DNA of 64,000 bases from a virus. Its lineage: Duplodnaviria > Heunggongvirae > Uroviricota > Caudoviricetes. Shown here piece after piece: positions 1 to 8,825 of this stretch. Every line of letters starts with the position of its first letter. Within the stretch, counting starts at the first letter, position 1. The stretch is from positions 17,866 to 81,865 of the IMG/VR virus record IMGVR_UViG_2595698394_000001; one strand, 5' to 3'. A model generated the notes under the pieces. That model made no database searches. It was not told the origin of the DNA and worked only from the letters and a program-made list of their open reading frames with translations. A program made the translations under genes and the position numbers.

Positions 1-26
1 CTGTTATAATACTTGTTTTATTCATC
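1..26 (-). CDS. 5' end of the next downstream gene (truncated by window edge; MNKNKYYN...)
   Basis: ATG at 26-24 lies 15 nt after the PARP stop with an A-rich leader; only 8 codons visible. Confidence 0.3.
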
Positions 27-41
27 TTTAATTGTTTTTAA

Positions 42-1193
42 TTATTTCATCCAAACTAAGTACTCTACTTTAGTTTGTTCTTTGTTATACACTATATATT
101 CACTGTTTAATAAACCGTCTCCTGGCTTCACAAATAAAGAGTCGTACCCTTTACTTTTCAAATACTTATAATTCATATTAGAACTAGATAAGTCTTTCCC
201 TTGTCTGTAATACCCTTCATAGGTATAATTGTTTCCCATGTGAACATTTTGAAGGAAAAATATTTTATCTGGATCACCTCCAGTATACCCTAAACTTTTA
301 GCTGAGTGAGCTGAGTGGTAAATACCATCACCATAAACAGCTCCAGAAAAATGTACATTAGAAGGTCTTACTACTAAGCCTGATTTTAAGATACTAAAAA
401 TATTAGGGTTTCTAGTCCCGTGAATTAAAAGTTCACACTTCTTGTTATCTTGATTCTCTAACCATTCAGCCTGATATTTTTCTTGAACAGGGTTAGTTAT
501 CTTATATAGCTTATGTATTTTACAATCTCTGCTTCTATATCCTCCATTGGCACCCATTGTTTTATACAAAAATGTCTCTATTTCACTGGTATCTTCCACC
601 TCTTCAAAAGTTAGTCCAAGTTCTTTCAATGGATTTGACACGTTTGTAATGTTGGCCGAGTCCATTGAGTCTAAAGCTTCCTGTTCTCTTGTAAGTATAT
701 TAGCTTTGTCTTTCTTATCTTGTATTAAAAAATAATTCACATCGGCCATTCTTCTAGGAATAACTTTGAATAGCTCAATAAGATTTTTGTTCATAGCATC
801 TACTTTTTGTAGGCTATTAATTTTATTTAGAATGCTTTGGGCTTCTTCCAGCTGAGCTTTAGAACACCCCTCTACAATATAGTTAGACTTTACAGAAGAC
901 CTTGCATACTTACTAAAAATGTTATAAAAATCATCAAAACTACTATTTCCTGAATCCTCTACAATTATAGTCCCTTCTGTTTTTAGGCTTGTTATATCTG
1001 TGTAACCTTTTCTTAACTTAGACTTAAGAAGGGAGTTATAGTTACTTGAAGGCTTAGAGATTGTCGTTTTAGACGTTCCCACTCTACCATACTCTACTCT
1101 AAGTTTGTCTCCTTCTACAAATATATTGTAAAACTTATTAGATTGTGTTCCTTTGTTATTGGGATCTACAAATATTAAATACTTATTTTCCAT
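42..1193 (-). CDS. PARP-like ADP-ribosyltransferase (WGR domain + helical regulatory domain + ART catalytic domain)
   Basis: N-terminal NKFY...YGRVG WGR signature (1077-1091); helical SKAQLEEAQSIL...FKVIP segment; catalytic LIHGT (H 420-422), YGDGIYHS (Y 318-320), NSEYIVY (E 99-101) match the PARP H-Y-E triad. Confidence 0.88.
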   Translation of the reverse strand: MENKYLIFVDPNNKGTQSNKFYNIFVEGDKLRVEYGRVGTSKTTISKPSSNYNSLLKSKLRKGYTDITSLKTEGTIIVEDSGNSSFDDFYNIFSKYARSSVKSNYIVEGCSKAQLEEAQSILNKINSLQKVDAMNKNLIELFKVIPRRMADVNYFLIQDKKDKANILTREQEALDSMDSANITNVSNPLKELGLTFEEVEDTSEIETFLYKTMGANGGYRSRDCKIHKLYKITNPVQEKYQAEWLENQDNKKCELLIHGTRNPNIFSILKSGLVVRPSNVHFSGAVYGDGIYHSAHSAKSLGYTGGDPDKIFFLQNVHMGNNYTYEGYYRQGKDLSSSNMNYKYLKSKGYDSLFVKPGDGLLNSEYIVYNKEQTKVEYLVWMK

Positions 1194-1194
1194 A

Positions 1195-1932
1195 CTATTC
1201 CTTACTTGTTAATTCTAACCACAGATTTGTTTTGTCAAATATATAACTTCTAATTGGATAATTAAGCTCATCTTCAAAAAAATTAAGATACTTTAACGTT
1301 TTAGCAGAATCAGCTTTGAATGCTTTATTCATCTCTGTCCTAATTCTGTCTTGAGAAACTACTTCTAATCCATTTATACCTAGCTCTTTAATAGCTGCTG
1401 TACAGTCTTTAGAAAAAGTGAAATTTTTTGTAACACAAAACCTTATCCCTCTTAATATTCTTAAAGGATCTTCTTTAAAAGATATCATAGGATCATTTGG
1501 AGTATGTAATACCTTATAGTGTAGGTGCCTTTTTCCATTAAATAAATCTATTATTTCTCCAGACTCATCTTTTGCCATTGCATTTACTGTGAAATCTCTT
1601 CTTACTAAATCATCATATAGTTCTCCTAATTCTGATACTGGGGCTCTGCTGTTTTCTAAATAGTAAAGCTCTTTTCTTGCTAACACAAAATCAGCATCTC
1701 CTTTGAACTTATGGCCTTCAGGGAATTTAGCTCTGATGGTTAATTTAGAAGGGGTAGGCAGATGTATTTTAAATCCTTCTAGAATAAGTTGGGCTTTAAA
1801 ATCCTCAAATACTTCTAGTATAGGTTTATCTCTATCCTCAACTAATACTGAATAATCTATATCTTTTGTATCTAGTCCTAGAAGGCCATCTCTTACAGCC
1901 CCTCCTACTATATATAATTTATACTTCATCAC
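1195..1932 (-). CDS. cca: Class II tRNA nucleotidyltransferase (CCA-adding enzyme), short form
   Basis: YIVGGAVRD..LG...KDIDY, ARKELYY..NSRAP loop, DLVRRDFTVNAMA and EDPLRILRGIRF motifs. Confidence 0.9.
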   Translation of the reverse strand: MMKYKLYIVGGAVRDGLLGLDTKDIDYSVLVEDRDKPILEVFEDFKAQLILEGFKIHLPTPSKLTIRAKFPEGHKFKGDADFVLARKELYYLENSRAPVSELGELYDDLVRRDFTVNAMAKDESGEIIDLFNGKRHLHYKVLHTPNDPMISFKEDPLRILRGIRFCVTKNFTFSKDCTAAIKELGINGLEVVSQDRIRTEMNKAFKADSAKTLKYLNFFEDELNYPIRSYIFDKTNLWLELTSKE

Positions 1933-2347
1933 AATTATTTTTTATTAATTTTAAAGCTTCTTGTAACGCAATTTCTAGTGCCCCCTCGTAGGTTTTAGAG
2001 CTAGATATCTGTTCATCACTATCCTTTCTCCATCCTAGATAAGAAACCCATCTGAATTGTTTTTCGAATGCATCTATGTGTGATGTATGAGCAACCATCT
2101 CTATGTTTAAATTATGCACCTCCCTTAACCATCTTTGCAACAGAGATTGGGTAGGAGCATAAAAACGCTCAAACACTTTAACCCCAATTGGAGATCCTCC
2201 ATTCGTTTCATAAAAATCTCCCAATGACGATCTTTTATTTTTATCTTTTATAGAGTTTATTATTCTCCAGCACTTATTACACTCTAAGTTAAAACCCTTC
2301 TCTTTAGCTAGTTTAGCTGTTTTAAAACTTATTAATTCATCTTCCAT
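1919..2347 (-). CDS. Hypothetical phage protein
   Basis: 142-aa ORF overlapping the cca start; no catalytic motif recognised. Confidence 0.7.
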   Translation of the reverse strand: MEDELISFKTAKLAKEKGFNLECNKCWRIINSIKDKNKRSSLGDFYETNGGSPIGVKVFERFYAPTQSLLQRWLREVHNLNIEMVAHTSHIDAFEKQFRWVSYLGWRKDSDEQISSSKTYEGALEIALQEALKLIKNNCDEV

Positions 2348-2349
2348 GA

Positions 2350-2604
2350 TTACTCGTCTTTTTCTACTAAATTAATCACCTTTACTATTGCAATAAGAAA
2401 ACTACCTTCTTCGTACTTTTTGAATATTTTATCGAAAGTCCTGCCAAAAAAACCTTTTCTGGTACACACAATAGAGTACTTAAGTGCATTAGTACAAGTC
2501 TCTTTATCTATTACTTTTTCTTTTAGAAGATTAGCTAAATAAACCTCTTTACTTTGATTCATAAGTTCTGTAATCTGATGATCTGTTAATTGTGATATTT
2601 CCAT
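2350..2604 (-). CDS. Hypothetical protein, first gene of the accessory operon
   Basis: 84-aa ORF directly downstream of a promoter motif, 2 nt from the next gene. Confidence 0.65.
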   Translation of the reverse strand: MEISQLTDHQITELMNQSKEVYLANLLKEKVIDKETCTNALKYSIVCTRKGFFGRTFDKIFKKYEEGSFLIAIVKVINLVEKDE

Positions 2605-2627
2605 ATGTTTTCTTTTATAAGTTGTGA

Positions 2628-2635
2628 CAAAGGTA
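2628..2635 (-). promoter_or_regulatory. Bacteroidota sigma70-type -7 element (TACCTTTG)
   Basis: Exact TAnnTTTG match 23 nt upstream of the ATG at 2604, just downstream of a terminator. Confidence 0.6.
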
Positions 2636-2658
2636 TAACTTATTTTAGATTTAAATGT

Positions 2659-2693
2659 TAAAAAACCTGTAAAAAATTAATTCTACAGGTTTT
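2659..2693 (-). terminator. Intrinsic terminator closing the cargo operon
   Basis: Inverted repeat AAAACCTGTA (2662-2671) / TACAGGTTTT (2684-2693) with a T-run on the minus strand, 38 nt after the 1914-aa gene stop. Confidence 0.7.
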
Positions 2694-2731
2694 ATAAGGT
2701 AATTCAGTAATATTTTAGATTATAAGGTAAT

Positions 2732-5700
2732 CTACTTATCTTCTTCTAATTGTCTTTGTATAAAGTAGTATAGAGGATTAGATAAGTTGTCTACATTTCC
2801 TTTATTATAAAAGTCATATGTCTTCTTCTCTTGGGCTAAATTGCCAAGGGCCCATGTACTTTTAAATCCAGGAATAGTTCTTAAAATATATCTCTCTCTT
2901 TTACTCATGTCTTTATAAGAACCAGATTTAATAGTTTCCCCATCAAATAAATCAGTTATTTTGGCAGTTTGAGATAAGAAACTTAATCCTATAATAGGTG
3001 TTTCAAATACCTCATAAGCTGCTTTACCTAAACCTAGTTGCTGAGAGGCTGTCTCATTAGCTACTCTGGCCGCTAGTAAATTAGCTGCTTTAAGTAAGAA
3101 AGGATCATCTTCATCGTTATCTCCTATTTGAGATATCAATACTGAAGCTAGTAACCCTAACTGTAATATAGCCCATTCAATTCCAACTCTTTTTATGTTA
3201 GCTTGTTCTACTTGTTGTGCTTCAAAATTTATAATTACATTTCCTTCTGCATCTCTAGTCTGTCCAGCCGTTTCCCATGCCTTTTTAAACCCTTTTAAGA
3301 GGTTAGCAGGGCCTTCTGTTCTAAATTGATCTACATACCTCTTAGCAAAAGATAATGCGCTTAAATAGCTTCCTTCTGTAAGCTTTCCAGTATCTAGGTT
3401 TTCAATTCTAGAGTGAAATCTGTGGGAAATAGCTAAAGAAAACCAGTCACGGTGAGTAGTGGCATAACTATAAATAGCATGTCTTTTTGCTAAAGAGATG
3501 TTATTCTTATTCATTTGCCCATCCGTTCTTTGATTAATATCAATTAGATGTCCTTTTAGTCTATCTACCATATCATTCTTATCAAAGTTAGTAATCTTTT
3601 TTGATAATTCAGCTTCGTTAAACTTCATCTGGCCATCCTCCACTGACATATAATTGTATATCACATCAGATTCACTTTTCTTCCACTCTTCTTTCGCCTC
3701 TTTTATATTTTTACCTGCCTTAGATTGCTTGTTTCTGTATTCATTCCAATTTATTAACTGCCCGTCTACAATTCTATAATTATGAAAAGTAGCTAACATG
3801 TTTTTCCCATAAATAGGAAAGTTAGATACAGTGTGTAGTCCCATTGCTGTTTTAGGAATTAACCTTCCTATCTTACTATAGCTGGAGTTTTTGAAAGTCT
3901 CTTCAATGTCAAAAGCACCAAAATACTGCCCCATTACATTAAGCTTAGCCTTATGGTTTATTTCACCAAATTCTTTCATACTCTCTCCTACAATTTTTCT
4001 ATACTCTTTAGATCCTAGTTTGTATGACATTGTATCCATGAACTCTCCTACTACAGTCTCAATTCTAGATTGTACTTGAGCAGAAGCATAACTGGTTAAT
4101 GGAATCACAAAGTTAAGACCTAAGTTTCTCAGCTTTATAAAATTAAGGACCCTTCTGGCAACCTGCGCTAAATCAACTTTCTTGTTTATCAAAGGTAGCT
4201 CTACCTCATAAGAAACTATCTCCCTAACATCATACAATTCAGAATCGACAGCACTGTTGGCCATCTTGTACGCTGAAGTGGAAGTGTTTTCTTTATCCAC
4301 AGTAGTTGTTCTATCTTTAATACTATCCATTACTGTCATGATGTCTCCATATGCCTCTACTCTAGCTTGTCTTAAATGACCTTGTTGTACTAACAAATTC
4401 ATGCTGTAAAAAAGCTCGTTAGACACATCCTCTTGGTCCTCAATTTTGTAAACGTACCTTTTAGGAATAGTTTTTATACCAGCTCCCAAAGAGGTATCCC
4501 CCTTTACCATGTCATCCTCGGTAAATGTGAAGAACTCTTTAAAAGCTAATGACAGTCTTTTAGGATCCTTTATAGTCTTAGATATTCTCTCCAGTTCCCC
4601 CTCTCTAACTTGAGGTTTCTGAAATCTATTATAAGACGTTGGCATGTCCATAGCACTTATACCCTCCTCATACCAATCCATTATTTTTTGGTATGCCTGG
4701 TAACCTTTAGGATTAGTTGCAGATTGCCCGTCAACTATCTCTCCAAAAGTATTTTGAAACTTACTGTTTGAAAATAAAGATTTTTTAGGCTGTAACATTC
4801 CTCCTTTAAAATTCTTGTCATAATTAGGGTTTATATTTTTGTTAGTATCCCCTTCATAAAAACTATAATTAGGGGTAATCTCAACGTCTCCTAATTGATT
4901 GGCCACTACTTCACTTACTAAAGAATTACTGTCCTTTATTTCTTTTGAAAATAAATCATAAGATTCAGAGGTAGTTCTTTTATAGTAAGGTAGTAAAGAA
5001 TCTCTAATAGACATTTTCTTAAGAATCTCTAAAAAGTCTTTTTCAGTTATGTTCCCATTTTCCCAGACTTTTCTTTGAGCCTCTGTTAAAACGTTCCCTG
5101 ATTTTAAAAGATTCAGTAACACCTCTTGATCCTCTTTTTTCTTACTTAGCCACTGGTCGTACAGTTCCTCTGCTTTACCAGTAAGCTTACCCTTACCTCT
5201 ACCAAAATTATCTATCTGGTCTATTTTATCTTTAGTCCTGGTCCTTTTATCATTTGTCATGTGATCCTTTGCCATGTCAAACTCTTCCTCAGCAGTTTTT
5301 ATACCTAAAGCCTCTACATGGTTAACATAAGAATCATTAGCAGATGTAACGAATGAAGCTGTACTTTCAGACTCTTCTTCCGAAGGTAATATTTTGATAG
5401 CTTTTCTGTATAACTCATCTAATGTTTCTTGAGCGTTTTTTATAGTTTCTCTAGAGATTTCTGTCATCTCTGCCCCATTTACCTCTGATGGTTGGTTTTT
5501 AGAACTGTTTTGCTTAAGAATATTCTTTATAAATGTTCTTTGGGCTACCATCTCATTATAAAGGTCAACCTCGCCATTCTCTTTTAGTCTATCTAAAACC
5601 CCTGCACTTCCTTGAGACTTTTCCCAATAATCAGAAGTCATCCCTATATATGCATTAGCATACAAGTAATCTATAGCTTCTGCTCTTCCTTGTTCGTTCT

Positions 5701-8476
5701 CAATTCTTTGTAAGTCTTCTATAAATCCTTCTGGAATAGGTGGTTTTTCCTCGTTTCCTTCATTTATATTTCTAAAACCCCCGTCTAATTTTATTAACTC
5801 AAAGGCTACAATAGCATCATCAGTCTTATTATCCTCATTCAGTTTAACTACAGGAGATCCTTTCTCATACTGAATAAAGCCTTCGGCATCTCTTTCATAC
5901 TCTAGTCCTTCTTTAAGATTCCCAGTTTTATCAAAAATATCTTTGTACTTTTTTCTTTGCTCAGTTAAAGCTTGCCATATATCTCTTTGGGCACTAGTTA
6001 AAGATGTCCAATCCAGTTTCCCATCTTTTCCAATAGCTTGCGACTTAAGCTTAGAAATATCAGATAAATAGTTAGACATAACTTTTCTAGTTACAGGAGA
6101 TAAATCTTTTACTCTTTCCTCGTACTCAGCGTAATATGCTGGTAACATAGGACGTTCTATAAATGGTTGGAGTTTTCCTTTTTCTTTTTCCCTTAATTCT
6201 ATCTCTTGCTCTTTAGTAAGCTCTAGCTCACCATCTTCTCTCTTTTGTAATATCTCCTCAGAAGTTAATGTGCTGTTTCCTACAACTTCTTTATAAGTAT
6301 CAACAAAGATTTCATCAGTTTTTTTGTAAAATGCATCAAAATCTCTATCATTCAGGATAAAACTACCATCTAATAAAACCTCCTTAAAAAACTTTTCATC
6401 AAACCCTAAAGCTCTCAAGTCGTTTTGAAGCTTTTGAGTAGGCTCTACATAATTTGTAAACCCATTACTATTCATTTTTCTAAGTAAGTACCCTAAAGTT
6501 CTTAAACTCCCATCACGGCTATGTGCTATAGTTCCAAAAACAGAGTGTGCAATATTAGTTTCGTGCTCAGCATTTTCAGCCCACTTCATTAAGTTATCTT
6601 TAGTGTCCGCTGAAAAATCGTACTTAGATACAATTTCATCCACTATACGCTCAGTATTTTTAGACTTTTTGGCAGATATTTCCCCAGAAAGCTCTGTAAA
6701 TTCTTCTAACGTTTCTTTAATCTCTCTATTTAATATTTCCCAGTTCTTGTTATTTTCTATTTTAGCATCTCTTAAGGCATCTGGTTTAGTTAAAGCCTGT
6801 AACTCTTGAAGAGCTGGTGCTACTAACTGTTTTAAAGAATGATACACAGTATTTTCCTCAGAAGATAAAATGTATGTCTTACCATGCTTTTCTGAGTCTG
6901 AAACTGAAGACCTTAAATATTTCATATCCCCTTTAGCTATTTCCACTACGTCAGCAATTGCAGATAAAGAGTAATTCTCTCCAATATCCACTAATGCTCT
7001 TTGTATTTTGTCAGATTTAACTTTTGTAGGAGATTGCTTAGAAAGAGCTCTAATTTGATTTTCTAACCCTGCAATTACACGTTTAGTTGCCTTGTTTATT
7101 TGAGAAACTTTTGTGTTAGAGGGAGCAGTAGAGTAAAGTCTATACTTGTTGTGTTTAAAATTATTTGTGTTTAAACTAGTAGTATCTTTTGATTTTACAA
7201 TAGCGTTAACATCAGAAAGGTAAGCCTCTAACTCTTGAACATGTTGAGGCTTTAAAAGGTTATACACCCCTTCAAAAAAGTTGTTAAATAACTCTTTTAC
7301 TTTAGCAATTATACTTTGTTGAGTGCCTGATTTATCTTCTAATGAAAAGTTAGCTATAATACTGTTTTTTAGTACCTTACCTAATACTTCTCTTCTCACT
7401 ACTTCTTCTAGCTCCTCCGCTGAGTACTCTCCTCTATATAGCTCTCTATATTGGTCAGAAAATTCTACCCATTCATCTGTTTTGTGAATATTTCTAAGTA
7501 CATTCTCAGTACTTTCTTTTGGCATGGCCTCAACTATAAAGTGAGAGGTTTCCTCAGTCAAATCAGCTATAGATATCTTACCTTGGGTGTAAGCTATTAC
7601 TTGATTGGCTATATCTGCCAATGCAGTAGCTGAAGGTGCGACCCCATTTCTAGTTCTGTACTTAGAAACGTAATCTGTAATAGATAAAGTTTTTACTCCT
7701 AGTTTTGATAACAGGTTTAATAAAGATATTTGAAGCTCTTTTTCTGTTCTGGTAGGAACTGTACTTTCAAAAGAAGTATCTCTGTATGCCGCCTGTTGTT
7801 GATAAAGTTGATTGTCCAAGAAAACTAATTCTGGATTGGTATAATTTTTTCTTATTTCATCATAAGATAACATGTCTATATCTTCGTACTTGACACGTTT
7901 ATTTTCTCCTTTCTTATTCTCTAACCTAACTGAGTCTTTTGTTCTTTCAAAAGTAAAAGTATCCCCATCTTTTACAACTCCTGCTTTACCTAAATAAAGT
8001 TTAGCATCTTGATGTAATATTTCTGTATTTACAGCTTTCTGTAGATCATTTTTTCCTTGAGCTTCAAATAGATAATTTGGACCTACTTTAGTCTTTTTAG
8101 AAGAAAGTACACCTGATTCTATACTAGAAGTGATAAACCCTTCTAAGGAATCCTTATTACTACTTTTAGTAGTACTTATTATAGGATAAAACTTACCTTC
8201 TTTGTTTACCAATCCAATTTCTATAGACTCTCCAGATGCTGTATCTTTTAATGCCTCCTTGTAGTCCTCAACAATTGATACAGGAGTTCTGTGTTGCCAA
8301 GTAGCATCTTCTCCTATTGCAGGTAGAAAGCTATTCTTGTAAATATTCAATGCTAGCTCAGTATCAATAACTAATGGGTGTGAGGCTATAGCACTAAAAA
8401 GTGCAGACTCAATTCCTTGAGAATCCTGCACTTTAGTTATTTGGTCTTTACTGTTTCTTATTACTTTACAACTCAT
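2732..8476 (-). CDS. Giant putative virion-ejected (cargo) protein, 1914 aa
   Basis: Size, helical composition and position at the end of the post-muzzle cargo block; degenerate zincin-like EETSH motif (7541-7555); hydrophobic C-terminal segment VGIEWAILQLGLLASVLISQIG. Confidence 0.65.
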   Translation of the reverse strand: MSCKVIRNSKDQITKVQDSQGIESALFSAIASHPLVIDTELALNIYKNSFLPAIGEDATWQHRTPVSIVEDYKEALKDTASGESIEIGLVNKEGKFYPIISTTKSSNKDSLEGFITSSIESGVLSSKKTKVGPNYLFEAQGKNDLQKAVNTEILHQDAKLYLGKAGVVKDGDTFTFERTKDSVRLENKKGENKRVKYEDIDMLSYDEIRKNYTNPELVFLDNQLYQQQAAYRDTSFESTVPTRTEKELQISLLNLLSKLGVKTLSITDYVSKYRTRNGVAPSATALADIANQVIAYTQGKISIADLTEETSHFIVEAMPKESTENVLRNIHKTDEWVEFSDQYRELYRGEYSAEELEEVVRREVLGKVLKNSIIANFSLEDKSGTQQSIIAKVKELFNNFFEGVYNLLKPQHVQELEAYLSDVNAIVKSKDTTSLNTNNFKHNKYRLYSTAPSNTKVSQINKATKRVIAGLENQIRALSKQSPTKVKSDKIQRALVDIGENYSLSAIADVVEIAKGDMKYLRSSVSDSEKHGKTYILSSEENTVYHSLKQLVAPALQELQALTKPDALRDAKIENNKNWEILNREIKETLEEFTELSGEISAKKSKNTERIVDEIVSKYDFSADTKDNLMKWAENAEHETNIAHSVFGTIAHSRDGSLRTLGYLLRKMNSNGFTNYVEPTQKLQNDLRALGFDEKFFKEVLLDGSFILNDRDFDAFYKKTDEIFVDTYKEVVGNSTLTSEEILQKREDGELELTKEQEIELREKEKGKLQPFIERPMLPAYYAEYEERVKDLSPVTRKVMSNYLSDISKLKSQAIGKDGKLDWTSLTSAQRDIWQALTEQRKKYKDIFDKTGNLKEGLEYERDAEGFIQYEKGSPVVKLNEDNKTDDAIVAFELIKLDGGFRNINEGNEEKPPIPEGFIEDLQRIENEQGRAEAIDYLYANAYIGMTSDYWEKSQGSAGVLDRLKENGEVDLYNEMVAQRTFIKNILKQNSSKNQPSEVNGAEMTEISRETIKNAQETLDELYRKAIKILPSEEESESTASFVTSANDSYVNHVEALGIKTAEEEFDMAKDHMTNDKRTRTKDKIDQIDNFGRGKGKLTGKAEELYDQWLSKKKEDQEVLLNLLKSGNVLTEAQRKVWENGNITEKDFLEILKKMSIRDSLLPYYKRTTSESYDLFSKEIKDSNSLVSEVVANQLGDVEITPNYSFYEGDTNKNINPNYDKNFKGGMLQPKKSLFSNSKFQNTFGEIVDGQSATNPKGYQAYQKIMDWYEEGISAMDMPTSYNRFQKPQVREGELERISKTIKDPKRLSLAFKEFFTFTEDDMVKGDTSLGAGIKTIPKRYVYKIEDQEDVSNELFYSMNLLVQQGHLRQARVEAYGDIMTVMDSIKDRTTTVDKENTSTSAYKMANSAVDSELYDVREIVSYEVELPLINKKVDLAQVARRVLNFIKLRNLGLNFVIPLTSYASAQVQSRIETVVGEFMDTMSYKLGSKEYRKIVGESMKEFGEINHKAKLNVMGQYFGAFDIEETFKNSSYSKIGRLIPKTAMGLHTVSNFPIYGKNMLATFHNYRIVDGQLINWNEYRNKQSKAGKNIKEAKEEWKKSESDVIYNYMSVEDGQMKFNEAELSKKITNFDKNDMVDRLKGHLIDINQRTDGQMNKNNISLAKRHAIYSYATTHRDWFSLAISHRFHSRIENLDTGKLTEGSYLSALSFAKRYVDQFRTEGPANLLKGFKKAWETAGQTRDAEGNVIINFEAQQVEQANIKRVGIEWAILQLGLLASVLISQIGDNDEDDPFLLKAANLLAARVANETASQQLGLGKAAYEVFETPIIGLSFLSQTAKITDLFDGETIKSGSYKDMSKRERYILRTIPGFKSTWALGNLAQEKKTYDFYNKGNVDNLSNPLYYFIQRQLEEDK

Positions 8477-8825
8477 ATGTAATTACTCTAATTTTTAATT
8501 TTTCTTTCTCTGCTTCTTTTTTCATATTTGCTGAGCCTCTACTTTTACCATCCCAAAATAAGACTAGTGCATCCGAATACTCTGCCATTTGCTTATTTCT
8601 AATATGACCTGCGCCTTTATTATACTTTTCCCAGTCAGCAGGGAAATACTTTATAAGATAACCTTTTTCTTCTGCATATCTTTCGCCTAAACTGTCTGCT
8701 CCTTTTGCTTTACCACTTACAATTACAATCTCTTCTTTTATATTTTTTAGTAAGGAATCACATTTTATTTTCAGTAAAGGGTAATCACAAAAGTCTCTTC
8801 CACCTGCTATTATAATCTTGAACAT
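8466..8825 (-). CDS. SLOG-superfamily protein (DUF2493 / cpYpsA-like)
   Basis: KIIIAGGRDF, IVSGKAKGADSLGERYA, ADWEKY.KGAGHIRNKQMAEY.DALVLFWDGKSRGS motifs typical of this family. Confidence 0.85.
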   Translation of the reverse strand: MFKIIIAGGRDFCDYPLLKIKCDSLLKNIKEEIVIVSGKAKGADSLGERYAEEKGYLIKYFPADWEKYNKGAGHIRNKQMAEYSDALVLFWDGKSRGSANMKKEAEKEKLKIRVITYEL

